Positions 18,592 to 27,740 of a stretch of DNA of 64,000 nt are shown piece by piece. The stretch's first letter is position 1. Each line of letters begins with the position of its first letter. Origin of the DNA: Patescibacteria group bacterium. GTDB lineage: Bacteria > Patescibacteriota > Patescibacteriia > PEXW01. The notes below the pieces were generated by a model. That model was not told the origin of the DNA and made no database searches. It was given only the letters and a program-made list of their open reading frames with translations. The position numbers and the translations under genes are program-made. The stretch lies in NCBI GenBank assembly GCA_041665345.1, contig JBAYJA010000001.1:9206-73205 (forward strand). The letters run 5' to 3'.

Positions 18592-20208
18592 TTACATAAA
18601 CGGAGTAAAGTACTGCAGGAAAGAATTCTCAAAAACCTTCAGAAAGTGTTCTCGGACATTTGCGTTGTCCTCGGAGAGGGCTGTTAATTCTTTCACAATG
18701 TGCAGTTGGACATACTCCTGGAGCGTCTTCGTACCCGCCGTGTCAGCTCGGATCCAATCTTCATGACTAAGATTGAAAATGAGTATTCCACCCTGAATGC
18801 GGGTTCTCCATTTAAAACCCGTTTTCTCGGTAGCTTCCTCGTACGTAACCGTGAGGCCAAATTGACCTTGGATCAAATGGCGCGGTCGCCCACTTGGATG
18901 CTTCACAGAACTGTGTGGAAGTTTCGTGCGTTCTTGCGTCGGCGACGAGTGCTTTCGATCTTGGTTCTGCGTTTTTCGACGTTCCCGAACTTCTGCAATA
19001 GTGGGCAGGGTTCGGAAGCGTTCGGGGGTTCGTTCACCGGCGCTGGCAGCAGTGTGATTACTGGATACCAGACCGACCAATTGATGGAGCCTACCTTGCA
19101 AGCTAAGCTGTGGGTGCTCTTTGAAGAATTTATCCAGCTGTTCAACAGTGCCACGGATAATGTCCGCATACTTTTTGAACCGACTGGTGTCCTTCAGTTC
19201 TTCCAAGTACAGAATCAGCGATTCCTCTTGGTAGGTAAGAATCGCCTCTGCCAGGGCATCATATAGCTCATCTTCAGCCATGCGTGAACGATCACTCACA
19301 AGGTTCCCCCAATTAATTCGGAAGTACCCTTGGAAGTGTCCGCTGCCAAGAATTGCCCGCGCGTCCTTCCATAAACCTCGCATGTTCTGCAGGTCAAAAG
19401 GCCAGTTGTTGCACTCCACAATGAGTTTTGGACTTTTAACCGGCTGGATTGTTGTGTAGAGTTCGATGTCGACATCCCCAAAGGTTGTCTTGATCGTTTC
19501 CACTTTTTGCTTGGTCCCAGGAAACTCTCGGGCTTTTGCCTGTACACGCTGGGGCTCCTCCCGGTTCGCAGAAAAAAGGATTTGAATCACCACATTTCGT
19601 CTCCGAATCGCTGTGGCAAATTTCTCACCCACTGTATCCGCAATTTCCTGGATATCCTGCAGTTCACGTATGGCGCTGGAACTCAGGCCTTTCAGCAGTA
19701 CTCTGGTTGTCGCCTTGAATTTTACGTACTCATGATTAACACCAAAACCCGGCTCCTCATGAACGAAACCCATCTTTGGTGCTTCATTTTCACGAAGCTC
19801 GGATTTCTTCAGCTTCATGGTGAAGTAGCCACTGCCTTTGATTTTCAACGGCCGAGTGGTGAAGTTGTATTCCTCAGCGATGCTTAGGCCGGCCAGTTTT
19901 GCAATACCTTTCTGACCAATTTTGTCTGCACGTCCACGCTTGGTTGACGTACCTACATTTGACCACAGGTTTTGCATTTCCTGAAAGGTCGTCCCATAAC
20001 CATCATCGAAGGCTAGGAGGGTTTCCTTGGCCTTATTGATGCTGATGAGAATTCGAGTGGCTCCTTCATCCACGGCATTCTGCACCAGTTCAACGATGAC
20101 ATCTTCAGCACTCTTGTGCGCATGCGCCAACTCCCAGAGTACATTGCCGGTATGCACATGGATGCCGAAAGTTCCTGTGCGTTGCTGCGGGTTGGTTTTA
20201 GTTACCAT
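18592..20208 (-). CDS. GHKL (Bergerat-fold) ATPase, MORC/HSP90-like HATPase_c_3-type. It is the last gene of a four-gene operon.
   Basis: N-box ELVQNAVDEGATRI, G1 box FDDGYG, G2-like IGQKGIAKLAGLS. It lacks the MutL DQHA endonuclease motif. A 350-aa C-terminal region is unassigned. Confidence 0.6.
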   Translation of the reverse strand: MVTKTNPQQRTGTFGIHVHTGNVLWELAHAHKSAEDVIVELVQNAVDEGATRILISINKAKETLLAFDDGYGTTFQEMQNLWSNVGTSTKRGRADKIGQKGIAKLAGLSIAEEYNFTTRPLKIKGSGYFTMKLKKSELRENEAPKMGFVHEEPGFGVNHEYVKFKATTRVLLKGLSSSAIRELQDIQEIADTVGEKFATAIRRRNVVIQILFSANREEPQRVQAKAREFPGTKQKVETIKTTFGDVDIELYTTIQPVKSPKLIVECNNWPFDLQNMRGLWKDARAILGSGHFQGYFRINWGNLVSDRSRMAEDELYDALAEAILTYQEESLILYLEELKDTSRFKKYADIIRGTVEQLDKFFKEHPQLSLQGRLHQLVGLVSSNHTAASAGERTPERFRTLPTIAEVRERRKTQNQDRKHSSPTQERTKLPHSSVKHPSGRPRHLIQGQFGLTVTYEEATEKTGFKWRTRIQGGILIFNLSHEDWIRADTAGTKTLQEYVQLHIVKELTALSEDNANVREHFLKVFENSFLQYFTPFM

Positions 20209-20725
20209 GCGTTCCTCCTTGGAGCTTTTCTAGTTCTCCATCTTCAAGGAGTTTCTGCAACGTCGTTTCAGAAGAAAGTGCCCGAGTGGCCACAGAAAGT
20301 TGGAAGAGTTGATCCGATCCAACTTTTTTCCGGATGGCAGCCCGAAGGCGCCCAGCCGGTGACGTGACAATTGCAATGAGATCTGGCAGAATTGCCGGAA
20401 TCAGGTGACCCACCCGATCCGCAGCAACATCCATACTATCTATTTTTCCAGGCTGCTCTTCAATCGGTGAAGCTAGGAGTTTCTGCTTCACTTCCTTGGT
20501 TAAGAAACCTTGGAAAAGTTCATGGGGTATGAGCTTGTAGAGCGCATCCCGGTGCACCATTTTTGACGGTACCGTTATCCCATGCCACCAGTCATACACA
20601 GTGGCTCGCGGGAAACCAAAGCGGGCTGCAAATTCTACCAAAGATGAGATCCCTTTACTTTCCGCGAAGTTTCGAAGGAGTTGGCTGCAGAGTGTGACCC
20701 GCTGCTGCTTCGCTGTCTCTTTCAT
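20198..20725 (-). CDS. Hypothetical protein with an N-terminal XRE-like HTH. Its stop overlaps the GHKL gene start by 11 nt.
   Basis: GISSLVEFAARFGFPRATVYDWWHG resembles an HTH. It is translationally coupled to its neighbours. Confidence 0.4.
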   Translation of the reverse strand: MKETAKQQRVTLCSQLLRNFAESKGISSLVEFAARFGFPRATVYDWWHGITVPSKMVHRDALYKLIPHELFQGFLTKEVKQKLLASPIEEQPGKIDSMDVAADRVGHLIPAILPDLIAIVTSPAGRLRAAIRKKVGSDQLFQLSVATRALSSETTLQKLLEDGELEKLQGGTHGN

Positions 20726-20728
20726 GGC

Positions 20729-21589
20729 CTACCCTCTTTTCTTTAATTGATGTTTTTTGCCCCAGCGGTAAAGACGCGAGAGCTGTGACTGATGCACGTT
20801 CTTTCCCGTTAGCTCAAGAATGACTCTCTGGAGGTCTGGCCAGGAGTACGTTTTCTTGAGTTTCAGAATGAGGTTCGCCAACGTCATGCCGCGTTTTTCC
20901 AGAGTGATGTCGTTTGCGTCTTTGAGTTTACCAGTCGCGAAAGGATATGCTGCAGTTTTGGCGACATCCCTTTTGGAATGGTGGCGTTTCGGTGACTGAT
21001 TGGTGTTGTCAACTGGGATGGATAAAAATTTCATCCAGTTGCTGAGGGTGCGTTGTGCATTCTTGCGTTTCAGCAGCTTTGGGTACTTCCGGCTGAGGGC
21101 CAGCGCGGCTTTTCCCTGGGAACCCTTCTTAGCGTACATGTCCGAAATGATTTTTCGGGCAGCAGCTTCGCCACCAACCGCATCGCAAAACGTTTTCAGA
21201 TTGCCAACGAGCGTTTTGGATTCCTTCGATGGTGCAGGCGGCATGGCCTGTGGGGTAGGCGGTTTCTTGGTTTCTCCCCGTGGGGTCACATCTTGAATGG
21301 GCCAGCCAAAGGTGCGGGCGGAGACAACAATCCAAACGGCAAATTGGCGCGCAGCCTCAATGAGCTTGAGCGCCAGCTCGCCAGTAGTGCCTTTGCCCAG
21401 CTGTTCAGTAACAACTCCTGCGTTCAGACTGAGGATAGCTTTCGTTACCACTCTCGATCGATCAGCTTGCGCTAAGAAACCGAGGAGTTGCGGATGCTTT
21501 TTGAGGTATGCCAGCCACTCGTTGTCGGTGAGCTGTTCATTCTTCACCAGGTGAAGTTGCTGCATTAATAGGGTTACATATTCATTCAT
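20729..21589 (-). CDS. Hypothetical protein with a C-terminal HTH-like segment.
   Basis: C-terminal SWPDLQRVILELTGKNVHQSQLSRLYRWGKK resembles transposase/Psq-type HTH domains. There is a 4-nt gap to the next gene. Confidence 0.35.
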   Translation of the reverse strand: MNEYVTLLMQQLHLVKNEQLTDNEWLAYLKKHPQLLGFLAQADRSRVVTKAILSLNAGVVTEQLGKGTTGELALKLIEAARQFAVWIVVSARTFGWPIQDVTPRGETKKPPTPQAMPPAPSKESKTLVGNLKTFCDAVGGEAAARKIISDMYAKKGSQGKAALALSRKYPKLLKRKNAQRTLSNWMKFLSIPVDNTNQSPKRHHSKRDVAKTAAYPFATGKLKDANDITLEKRGMTLANLILKLKKTYSWPDLQRVILELTGKNVHQSQLSRLYRWGKKHQLKKRG

Positions 21590-21600
21590 GATTCATGTCC

Positions 21601-21834
21601 TTACTTCTTTTGGCAGATAGCGTTGAACGCCTCTACACCGTAATCACGTTTAATGGTCGCCAGCCAGCGAGTGGCTTTGGCGAGCGTGGAATCACCGGTA
21701 ATTTGCTTGGCCAGGTCGAATGCGGCCGTAGGGCTGCTCGTCTCCTGCACAATGCGAACAAGATCATCACGTGCGAGCGCAATGCTTGCCCGTGCTGTGA
21801 GCTCGCCTAAAGGGCGAGGTGGATTTCTCCTCAT
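21601..21834 (-). CDS. Small hypothetical protein (77 aa), the first gene of the operon.
   Basis: ORF track. It has a possible HTH-like segment AAFDLAKQITGDSTLAKATRWLA. Its stop is 11 nt upstream of the next start. Confidence 0.35.
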   Translation of the reverse strand: MRRNPPRPLGELTARASIALARDDLVRIVQETSSPTAAFDLAKQITGDSTLAKATRWLATIKRDYGVEAFNAICQKK

Positions 21835-21921
21835 AGCGTGGGTCTCTCTTTCTCCGTTTTGTCAACGGGCTTGGTTTTCCTATGCTGTTCTCGTTTCGTC
21901 TTTGAGAAACAACATCCAGAC

Positions 21922-21950
21922 ACCTTATGGGAAAACTCTGGGGCTGTCAA
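21922..21950 (-). promoter_or_regulatory. Sigma70-like promoter for the four-gene operon. It overlaps a divergent promoter for 22024.
   Basis: The minus strand reads TTGACA-17 nt-TAAGGT. The plus strand has TTGACA-16 nt-TACGCT nearby. Confidence 0.35.
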
Positions 21951-22023
21951 TGTTGCTTGACAAAGTCCATATTTGTGGTACGCTCACGGACTAAAAATAC
22001 AAACTCAAAACCGCGGAGGATGA

Positions 22024-22668
22024 GTGTTCGATCTCACCGCATATTTGCTCCTTCCAGATTGGCAGTTTGTCATCATCATCAATCAGCTCGTAGAGTTGCC
22101 TTTTTGGAGGATTGTCATGAGCCAGATCCTGGGGGTGCCAGATTGGTGCATCGTGTATCCTGCAGTCGTCCTTCATTCTGGTTTGTGGCTCACATTGAAA
22201 ATTAGCCTCGTGCATGGGGTAACCGTCATTGTGCAAAAGCAGAAGGCACGACGCCAGCATCGGCTTGCAGAAAGCCAAATGGTTGGAGTTTGGCCGCCGA
22301 CCTTACCCCGACGCATTTTTCAGATGTCTGGACGCGCACTCAAATACCTCACTCATCAGATGTATGAGGGTGCTCGGCAAATGGCTCATGGGAAAGTCGT
22401 TACGCCAGTTTTTCTGCTCTGGTTGGCAGCGGTGCCATTTATGCAAAAGGTCGGCATAGCCATTGTGGGGATAAGTTGGATCAGATTTGGTTGGCGTGGC
22501 GCTGTCGCACTTTTCTTTGGAACAGTGTTGCAAGTGGTTCCTTTTTGCTTCCTCTATACCCTCTATGGGAAGGAGACCGCAGAACGGTTCATCATGTGGG
22601 CAATGATTTCTCTGGGCATCATCATGCTGTTTGGCTGGTTGCGGAAGAATGGAAGACGTTCCTTATGA
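22024..22668 (+). CDS. Hypothetical multi-pass membrane protein.
   Basis: Several hydrophobic helices, for example VFLLWLAAVPFM and MISLGIIMLFGWL. Confidence 0.4.
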   Translation: MFDLTAYLLLPDWQFVIIINQLVELPFWRIVMSQILGVPDWCIVYPAVVLHSGLWLTLKISLVHGVTVIVQKQKARRQHRLAESQMVGVWPPTLPRRIFQMSGRALKYLTHQMYEGARQMAHGKVVTPVFLLWLAAVPFMQKVGIAIVGISWIRFGWRGAVALFFGTVLQVVPFCFLYTLYGKETAERFIMWAMISLGIIMLFGWLRKNGRRSL

Positions 22669-22698
22669 AAACCGATACTGTCAAAAGTGTCGGTTTTT
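22669..22698 (+). terminator. Intrinsic terminator after the 22024-22668 gene.
   Basis: AAACCGATAC-tgtcaaaa-GTGTCGGTTTTT. Confidence 0.5.
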
Positions 22699-22703
22699 CA
22701 TAC

Positions 22704-22819
22704 TTACGAATAAAGTTACGAATTACGAAAAGAGACTACAAAATTACGAAATACGAATGAGGATTGAGAGGACAGGGAACGAAGAATAAGGAACCAGAAT
22801 GGTGGCGGGAAATTACGAA
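22704..22819. repeat. Array of TTACGAA heptamer repeats (at least five copies) in a 470-bp noncoding region.
   Basis: TTACGAA occurs at 22704, 22716, 22723, 22744 and 22813, with TACGAAT at 22752. It is followed by hairpins at about 23043-23095. Confidence 0.5.
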
Positions 22820-23139
22820 TGGATGGGTAGAGGTATAGAGGCTTGTTAGGTTAAAAGGTGAGGGCGTGGGTTGAAGAAATGGCGCGCCTTCCTTCTATAC
22901 CGTATACCCTAATGAGCATCCATGTCTTTGCCTCACCCGCATTCGTTCCTCAGATCCCATACATCTACTGCCAACTGAGTACTCTAGTCGTAAGATATAA
23001 AAATCCCCAAAGACCTCTAAAGCTTTACCGCTCTACGGCTTACCCCGACGATCCCGCTGCGGGATGTCGGGGCTCCGACCGCAGCGTCGGAGTAGCTCTA
23101 TACCTTTATACCTTCCTACTTCCCCGCTATACTATTCCC

Positions 23140-23718
23140 ATGATCGCTTTTCTTCGTGGCACGGTTGCAAGTATTACAGTGAAATCTATTGTCCTGGATA
23201 TCCATGGCGTGGGGTATCAAGTTTTTGTGACGCCCAAAGTGTTGGGTCAGGTGGAGGTGGGGCAGGAGCAGACCTTCCACACCTACCACAATGTGCGGGA
23301 GGATGGGGAAGAGCTTTACGGCTTTTTGGCCATGGACGAGCGGGATATGTTTGAGCAGCTTCTACGGGTGAACGGGGTAGGCCCCAAGTCAGCCCTGGGC
23401 GTGCTTTCCCGCGCGACTGTTCAAGATATTCTCCAAGCCATTACGAATGAAGAGACTAGTCTGCTCACCAAAGTCTCGGGCATTGGCGCCAAGACGGCGG
23501 AACGTATTGTGCGCGAACTAGCTGGCAAAGTTGCGGCTCCCACGGTCGCAGGGAAAACCTCGGTGCAGTCTGATGACGCAGATACCCTGGCTGCCTTGGA
23601 GCAACTTGGCTACTCCGCGGCGGAAGCGCGGAAAGCCTTGAGCCAAGTTGAGGCTAGCATTACCAAACCCGCCGAGCGCATTCGGGCCGTGCTCCGCAAT
23701 CGAGGGAGCCGCGTATGA
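23140..23718 (+). CDS. ruvA: Holliday junction DNA helicase subunit RuvA.
   Basis: MIAFLRGTV...LDIHGVGYQVFV...NGVGPKSALGVLS...VSGIGAKTAERI, comprising the OB domain plus two HhH motifs. Start refined to the ATG at 23140. Confidence 0.85.
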   Translation: MIAFLRGTVASITVKSIVLDIHGVGYQVFVTPKVLGQVEVGQEQTFHTYHNVREDGEELYGFLAMDERDMFEQLLRVNGVGPKSALGVLSRATVQDILQAITNEETSLLTKVSGIGAKTAERIVRELAGKVAAPTVAGKTSVQSDDADTLAALEQLGYSAAEARKALSQVEASITKPAERIRAVLRNRGSRV

Positions 23719-24731
23719 CCGTGCAGGAATGGACTGACCAACAATCCTGGGAACAGTTTTTGGACACGCAGCCGCACGCGTCGTTCCAGCAGCGGTGGGC
23801 GTGGGGTGCTTTTCGGGAAAAAATTGGCACCGTCGTTTCCCGATACGCCGCAGTAGAGGGCGACAAGCTCATTGGTGTGGTGCAGGTACTAGCAGACCAG
23901 TGGCGCTTTGGTTTGGTGACGCATACGGTGTTCAGTGGGCCAGTGGCTACTACACCAGAGGCATACCAGAAGTTGCTGGCACATGTGGCGGAGGTCGCGC
24001 AGAAACAACGTGTGCTCTTTGCGCACGTAGAATCGCCGGCCTTGCTCAGTGACCATGCAGCGCAGGACACCGCAACCAAACTTGGTTTCCGTCTGGCAAA
24101 GGCCTTGCAGCCCACGGACACCCAACTCCTTGATCTGACCCATGCCGAAGCGCAGCTGCTCCAGGGCATGCATGAGAAAACTCGGTACAACATTCGCTTA
24201 GCGGAGAAACGGGGAGTCCACGTTACGGTGCACGCTGGTGCTACTGCCCGTGATGCCGCGCAGACCTTTGCGGATATCCAAAAGCAAACCACGACGCGAG
24301 ATCGGTTTTCTGCACATGGCGCGGCATACTACCAAGCCATGGTTGAGTATTTACCAACGGGGATGGTGAAAATCTACGTGGCCATGTACGAAGGGCAGCC
24401 GATAGCCGCAAACCTCATTATCCACTCTGGTGATACCGCCACCTACCTGCACGGGGCCTCTGCAGATGCCCATCGGAATGTGATGGCACCGCACCTCCTG
24501 CAATGGCGGCAGATTGTGGACGCTAAACTGGCTGGACTGCACTGGTATGACTTCTTTGGCATTGAGACCCCGGAACGCCCCCGCCAGAGTCGGGCCGGCG
24601 CCAGTTGGGCTGGGATTACCCGCTTCAAACTGGGGTTTGGTGGACAGACTGTGTCCTCCGCCAACGCGGTGGAGTTGCCAGTTCGAAAAGGTTGGTATAG
24701 GATTCTGAACATTCGCCGCTCATTACGCTAA
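23715..24731 (+). CDS. FemAB-family peptidoglycan bridge aminoacyltransferase, FemX-like.
   Basis: N-terminal FLQ..WAWGAF and the overall FemAB two-GNAT-like architecture, at a typical length of 338 aa. Confidence 0.65.
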   Translation: MTVQEWTDQQSWEQFLDTQPHASFQQRWAWGAFREKIGTVVSRYAAVEGDKLIGVVQVLADQWRFGLVTHTVFSGPVATTPEAYQKLLAHVAEVAQKQRVLFAHVESPALLSDHAAQDTATKLGFRLAKALQPTDTQLLDLTHAEAQLLQGMHEKTRYNIRLAEKRGVHVTVHAGATARDAAQTFADIQKQTTTRDRFSAHGAAYYQAMVEYLPTGMVKIYVAMYEGQPIAANLIIHSGDTATYLHGASADAHRNVMAPHLLQWRQIVDAKLAGLHWYDFFGIETPERPRQSRAGASWAGITRFKLGFGGQTVSSANAVELPVRKGWYRILNIRRSLR

Positions 24732-24736
24732 TCCAT

Positions 24737-25006
24737 ATGGAAGGTGAACCCCAACCGGAGCCAGGCTCATTGCTACGGGTTGAACTCAGTGAAGATAATA
24801 AGATTCTTCACAAGCAGTGTTCGTGTGGTGAGGAATTCAGTACTGCCATCCCTCGAAAGTTTTTCAAGCACCCAAATGATACTTCGCTAGAGCTGGCAAA
24901 GAGTGGTGGTGCAATTTCTGGTTTTCCAAGCATCAGCGCAGATGCCCTCCAAGCGCGGATTGAGAAAGTTGAGTGTGGCGTGAAAGAACGCCACCCCGAA
25001 GCCTAA
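24737..25006 (+). CDS. Small hypothetical protein.
   Basis: ORF track only. Confidence 0.3.
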   Translation: MEGEPQPEPGSLLRVELSEDNKILHKQCSCGEEFSTAIPRKFFKHPNDTSLELAKSGGAISGFPSISADALQARIEKVECGVKERHPEA

Positions 25007-25019
25007 TTATTCTTTTTCT

Positions 25020-25742
25020 ATGATCGACACCGTTGTCATTTCCGCCGCGGGGAAAGGCACCCGCATGAAGGAACTTGCCAAAGACAAACCCAAGCACATG
25101 ATTGAAGTGAATGGGAAACCTTTCCTGTGGTACCTCTTGGAAAACCTCCGTGCGGTTGGGTACGAGAAGATTGTGGTGGTGGTTGGCCACCTGAGCCAGC
25201 ACATTGAGCAATTTGCTGAATCGTACCCGCATCCAATTACCATCGTGAATCAGTATGCGGTCATGGGGGAAGACGTGTACGGTACAGCGGTGCCCGTCCT
25301 CGCTGCGGAAAAAGCGGTGAACGGAAAGCCGTTTTGTGCGCTGTACGGTGATAACCTGTACTCAGTTCGTGACCTCAAGTCTATGATCCATGAGGATGGG
25401 TTCTGCTACGTGGGCGGCCTGCCGCATGATGATTGGCAGAAGTACGGCGTGCTCATTCCCGGGGAAAATGATCAGTTGAAGGAAATTATAGAAAAACCTG
25501 ATCACGATGTTGGCTCTACGCTCATTAACACTGGGCTCTTTACCTTCACGCACGACATTTTTGACGCGTGCCGCCGGGTAAAGCCAACGCCGCCGAAGAA
25601 TGAACTGTACCTCACCGATGCGGTCACGGAGCTGGCCAAGGCGGGCAAGTTCCGCATCCAGCGCATCCAAGACTACTGGAAAGACTTTGGCTCACCAGAA
25701 GATGTGGGCACGGTGAGCTCATTCCTCCAACAACGAACATGA
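25020..25742 (+). CDS. Sugar-phosphate nucleotidyltransferase.
   Basis: N-terminal VISAAGKGTRMK carries the G-x-G-T-R nucleotidyltransferase signature. Confidence 0.7.
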   Translation: MIDTVVISAAGKGTRMKELAKDKPKHMIEVNGKPFLWYLLENLRAVGYEKIVVVVGHLSQHIEQFAESYPHPITIVNQYAVMGEDVYGTAVPVLAAEKAVNGKPFCALYGDNLYSVRDLKSMIHEDGFCYVGGLPHDDWQKYGVLIPGENDQLKEIIEKPDHDVGSTLINTGLFTFTHDIFDACRRVKPTPPKNELYLTDAVTELAKAGKFRIQRIQDYWKDFGSPEDVGTVSSFLQQRT

Positions 25743-27187
25743 GTAGCCTCGTTGAATCATTCTCAGGGATCCGTGGCACGTGGGGTGAGAGCTTCACCCC
25801 AGAGGTCTGTCGGCGGTACGGTTACGCCTTTGGCCAAATGCTTCTGGCCAAACATGCTGATGCAAACGTGGTGATTGGCCGAGATACGCGGCCATCCGGA
25901 CCTGGCGTGTTTGCTGCTTTGGTGCAGGGTTTGGCAGCGGCTGGGGTACGGCGGGTCATTGATCTGGGCATTAGCTCCACACCCATGACCGAGCACGGAG
26001 TACGGCACTTCCGCGCAGCTGGTGGAGTTATCCTCACTGCTTCCCACAACCAGCCAGAAGATAATGGCTTGAAGTTTTTGCAAGCCACGGGTGGCATTCT
26101 CTCTGCCGGTGACGCCGCCATCCTCATCCACGAAGCAGGCAGCGAAGAAGTGCTGGCTGTGAGCGAAGCCATGGAGGGCGCCACAGCCTCCGTTGGGTTG
26201 GAAATTATTGATGGTCAGCAAGAAGCCATGGATGCGTACCTCCAGTTTGTGCTGGATTCGTCTGGCTGTACTCCTGCCCACGTCCAAAAGGCAAAAGTGA
26301 AAGTGCTGCTGGATATCAATGGCGGGGCAAACGGCGAAGTTGCACCAGCGTTGGCCAAGAAACTCGGATTAGATGTTGTCGTGAAAGGTCAGGAGCCAGG
26401 AATTTTTTGGCGTTTGGTGGAACCGAAGGCAGAATCCCTTGCGCCCCTTGCTACCGAGTTACACGAGGGTATGTTCGCCTGTGCGTTTGACTGCGATGCT
26501 GACCGCATGGAAATCGTCCTGCCGACTTCAAGCCAATTTGCCTTACAGTATGGCCCATTGGTCTCTGGCCAGTACGTCGTTGGTCTGGTTGTGCAGGCAA
26601 TCCTCAGTATCGATCCAAAGGCAAAGGAGCATCCGGTGATTACCAATGATGCGACGAGTCAGATGGTGAAGCGCATTGCCGAACATGCTGGGACAACGGT
26701 GGAAGAAGTGGAGGTTGGGGAAACGAATGTTGTGTCCATGATGCACGAGCGGGGGAGCAAGGTCGGTGGTGAAGGATCTAATGGTGGCAGCATTGTGGCT
26801 CCTGGGCAGTGCCGTGACGGCTTGCAGGCGCTCGCTGTTATCATTCGGTATCTGGCTGAGCACCAGACAACTTTGGATGAGACTTTACTCCACTTACCAC
26901 ATTTCCACACCGTGGCGGTCAAGGCGCAATGCCTGGGGAGCCAGCAAGCCCGGGCGCGGCAGGGGATGATCGAGCACTATCGCGTCGCGGGCGCGCGGGT
27001 AACGACCACTGGCGGACAGGACGGCGGGGTGAAGGCATGGGTCCACTCTGATGCTTGGGTTTGGTGGCGTGCCTCCAAGACTGAAGCCGGCGTCTTCCGC
27101 ATCATCGCGGACGCCAAAGACCGGCACACCGCAGAGCAGCTGCTGAAAGAAGCTAATGAGGTCTTTGCTCGGGTGAGTAAAGTGTAG
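25739..27187 (+). CDS. Phosphohexomutase, of the phosphoglucosamine mutase / phosphomannomutase family.
   Basis: Active-site TASHNQPEDNG (phosphoserine loop), a four-domain length of 482 aa, and overlap with the upstream nucleotidyltransferase gene suggesting an operon. Confidence 0.8.
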   Translation: MSSLVESFSGIRGTWGESFTPEVCRRYGYAFGQMLLAKHADANVVIGRDTRPSGPGVFAALVQGLAAAGVRRVIDLGISSTPMTEHGVRHFRAAGGVILTASHNQPEDNGLKFLQATGGILSAGDAAILIHEAGSEEVLAVSEAMEGATASVGLEIIDGQQEAMDAYLQFVLDSSGCTPAHVQKAKVKVLLDINGGANGEVAPALAKKLGLDVVVKGQEPGIFWRLVEPKAESLAPLATELHEGMFACAFDCDADRMEIVLPTSSQFALQYGPLVSGQYVVGLVVQAILSIDPKAKEHPVITNDATSQMVKRIAEHAGTTVEEVEVGETNVVSMMHERGSKVGGEGSNGGSIVAPGQCRDGLQALAVIIRYLAEHQTTLDETLLHLPHFHTVAVKAQCLGSQQARARQGMIEHYRVAGARVTTTGGQDGGVKAWVHSDAWVWWRASKTEAGVFRIIADAKDRHTAEQLLKEANEVFARVSKV

Positions 27188-27400
27188 GAGAAGCCATAGG
27201 CCGTAAAGCCATAAAGCCGTAAGCCAATGCAACTACCCAGAGCGGCCTTTCTAGGCCGCGATATTTGGAGCACGTCTCTCCGATAAGGGTTCCTCCCGCA
27301 CTCCAGAGAACGTGTTGGTCCTGGGTAGAACAAGTATCTTCCACACTCCTTCATCTTGCCCCCAAGCGTGTGCCGTGCTACCTTTTTTGCGCATCTGTTT

Positions 27401-27459
27401 GCGCCCGTAGCTCAATGGATAGAGCGTTGGCCTCCCTCCGGGCCGGAGGCCGAAGCCAA
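27401..27459 (+). pseudogene. Fragment of a tRNA-Arg: acceptor 5' strand, D-arm and anticodon arm only, with a 16-nt palindromic insertion in the anticodon loop. No T-arm or 3' acceptor strand is found.
   Basis: GCGCCCG-TA-GCTCAATGGATAGAGC-G-TTGGC-CT[CCCTCCGGGCCGGAGG]CCGAA-GCCAA. Removing the 16-nt insert restores the loop CTCCGAA with anticodon CCG. No complementary CGGGCGC occurs downstream. Confidence 0.45.
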
Positions 27460-27467
27460 AAATTAGT

Positions 27468-27740
27468 ATGTTTTACGTCTATCTTTTACGAAGTAAGAAG
27501 GATCAGTCATACTATATTGGACAAACTGAAGATGTGGATGCAAGACTGCAACGCCATAACAATGGCTATGTTTCTTCAACACGTAGAAGAGTTCCTTGGG
27601 TACTAGTAGGATTTGAGACATACCCAACTCGATCAGCAGCTCGGTGGAGAGAGTTTGAATTGAAAAACTCTTCAGTGAAAAGAAGGGAGTTTATCAAAAA
27701 CGTTCGAATAGGTCCCCATAGCTCAACGGATAGAGCGTAG
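27468..27740 (+). CDS. GIY-YIG nuclease family protein of the YhbQ/COG2827 type. The ORF reads through into the downstream tRNA.
   Basis: YVYLLRSKKDQSYYIGQTEDVDARLQRHNNG closely matches the small standalone GIY-YIG proteins, as far as recalled from E. coli YhbQ. The last 29 nt overlap tRNA-Arg. Confidence 0.7.
   Translation: MFYVYLLRSKKDQSYYIGQTEDVDARLQRHNNGYVSSTRRRVPWVLVGFETYPTRSAARWREFELKNSSVKRREFIKNVRIGPHSSTDRA

Noticed and set aside
18592-20208. The GHKL ATPase as a divergent MutL.
   Set aside because: It has no DQHA(x)2E(x)4E endonuclease motif, no mutS is nearby, and it is operonic with small HTH proteins. It shares only the generic Bergerat fold.
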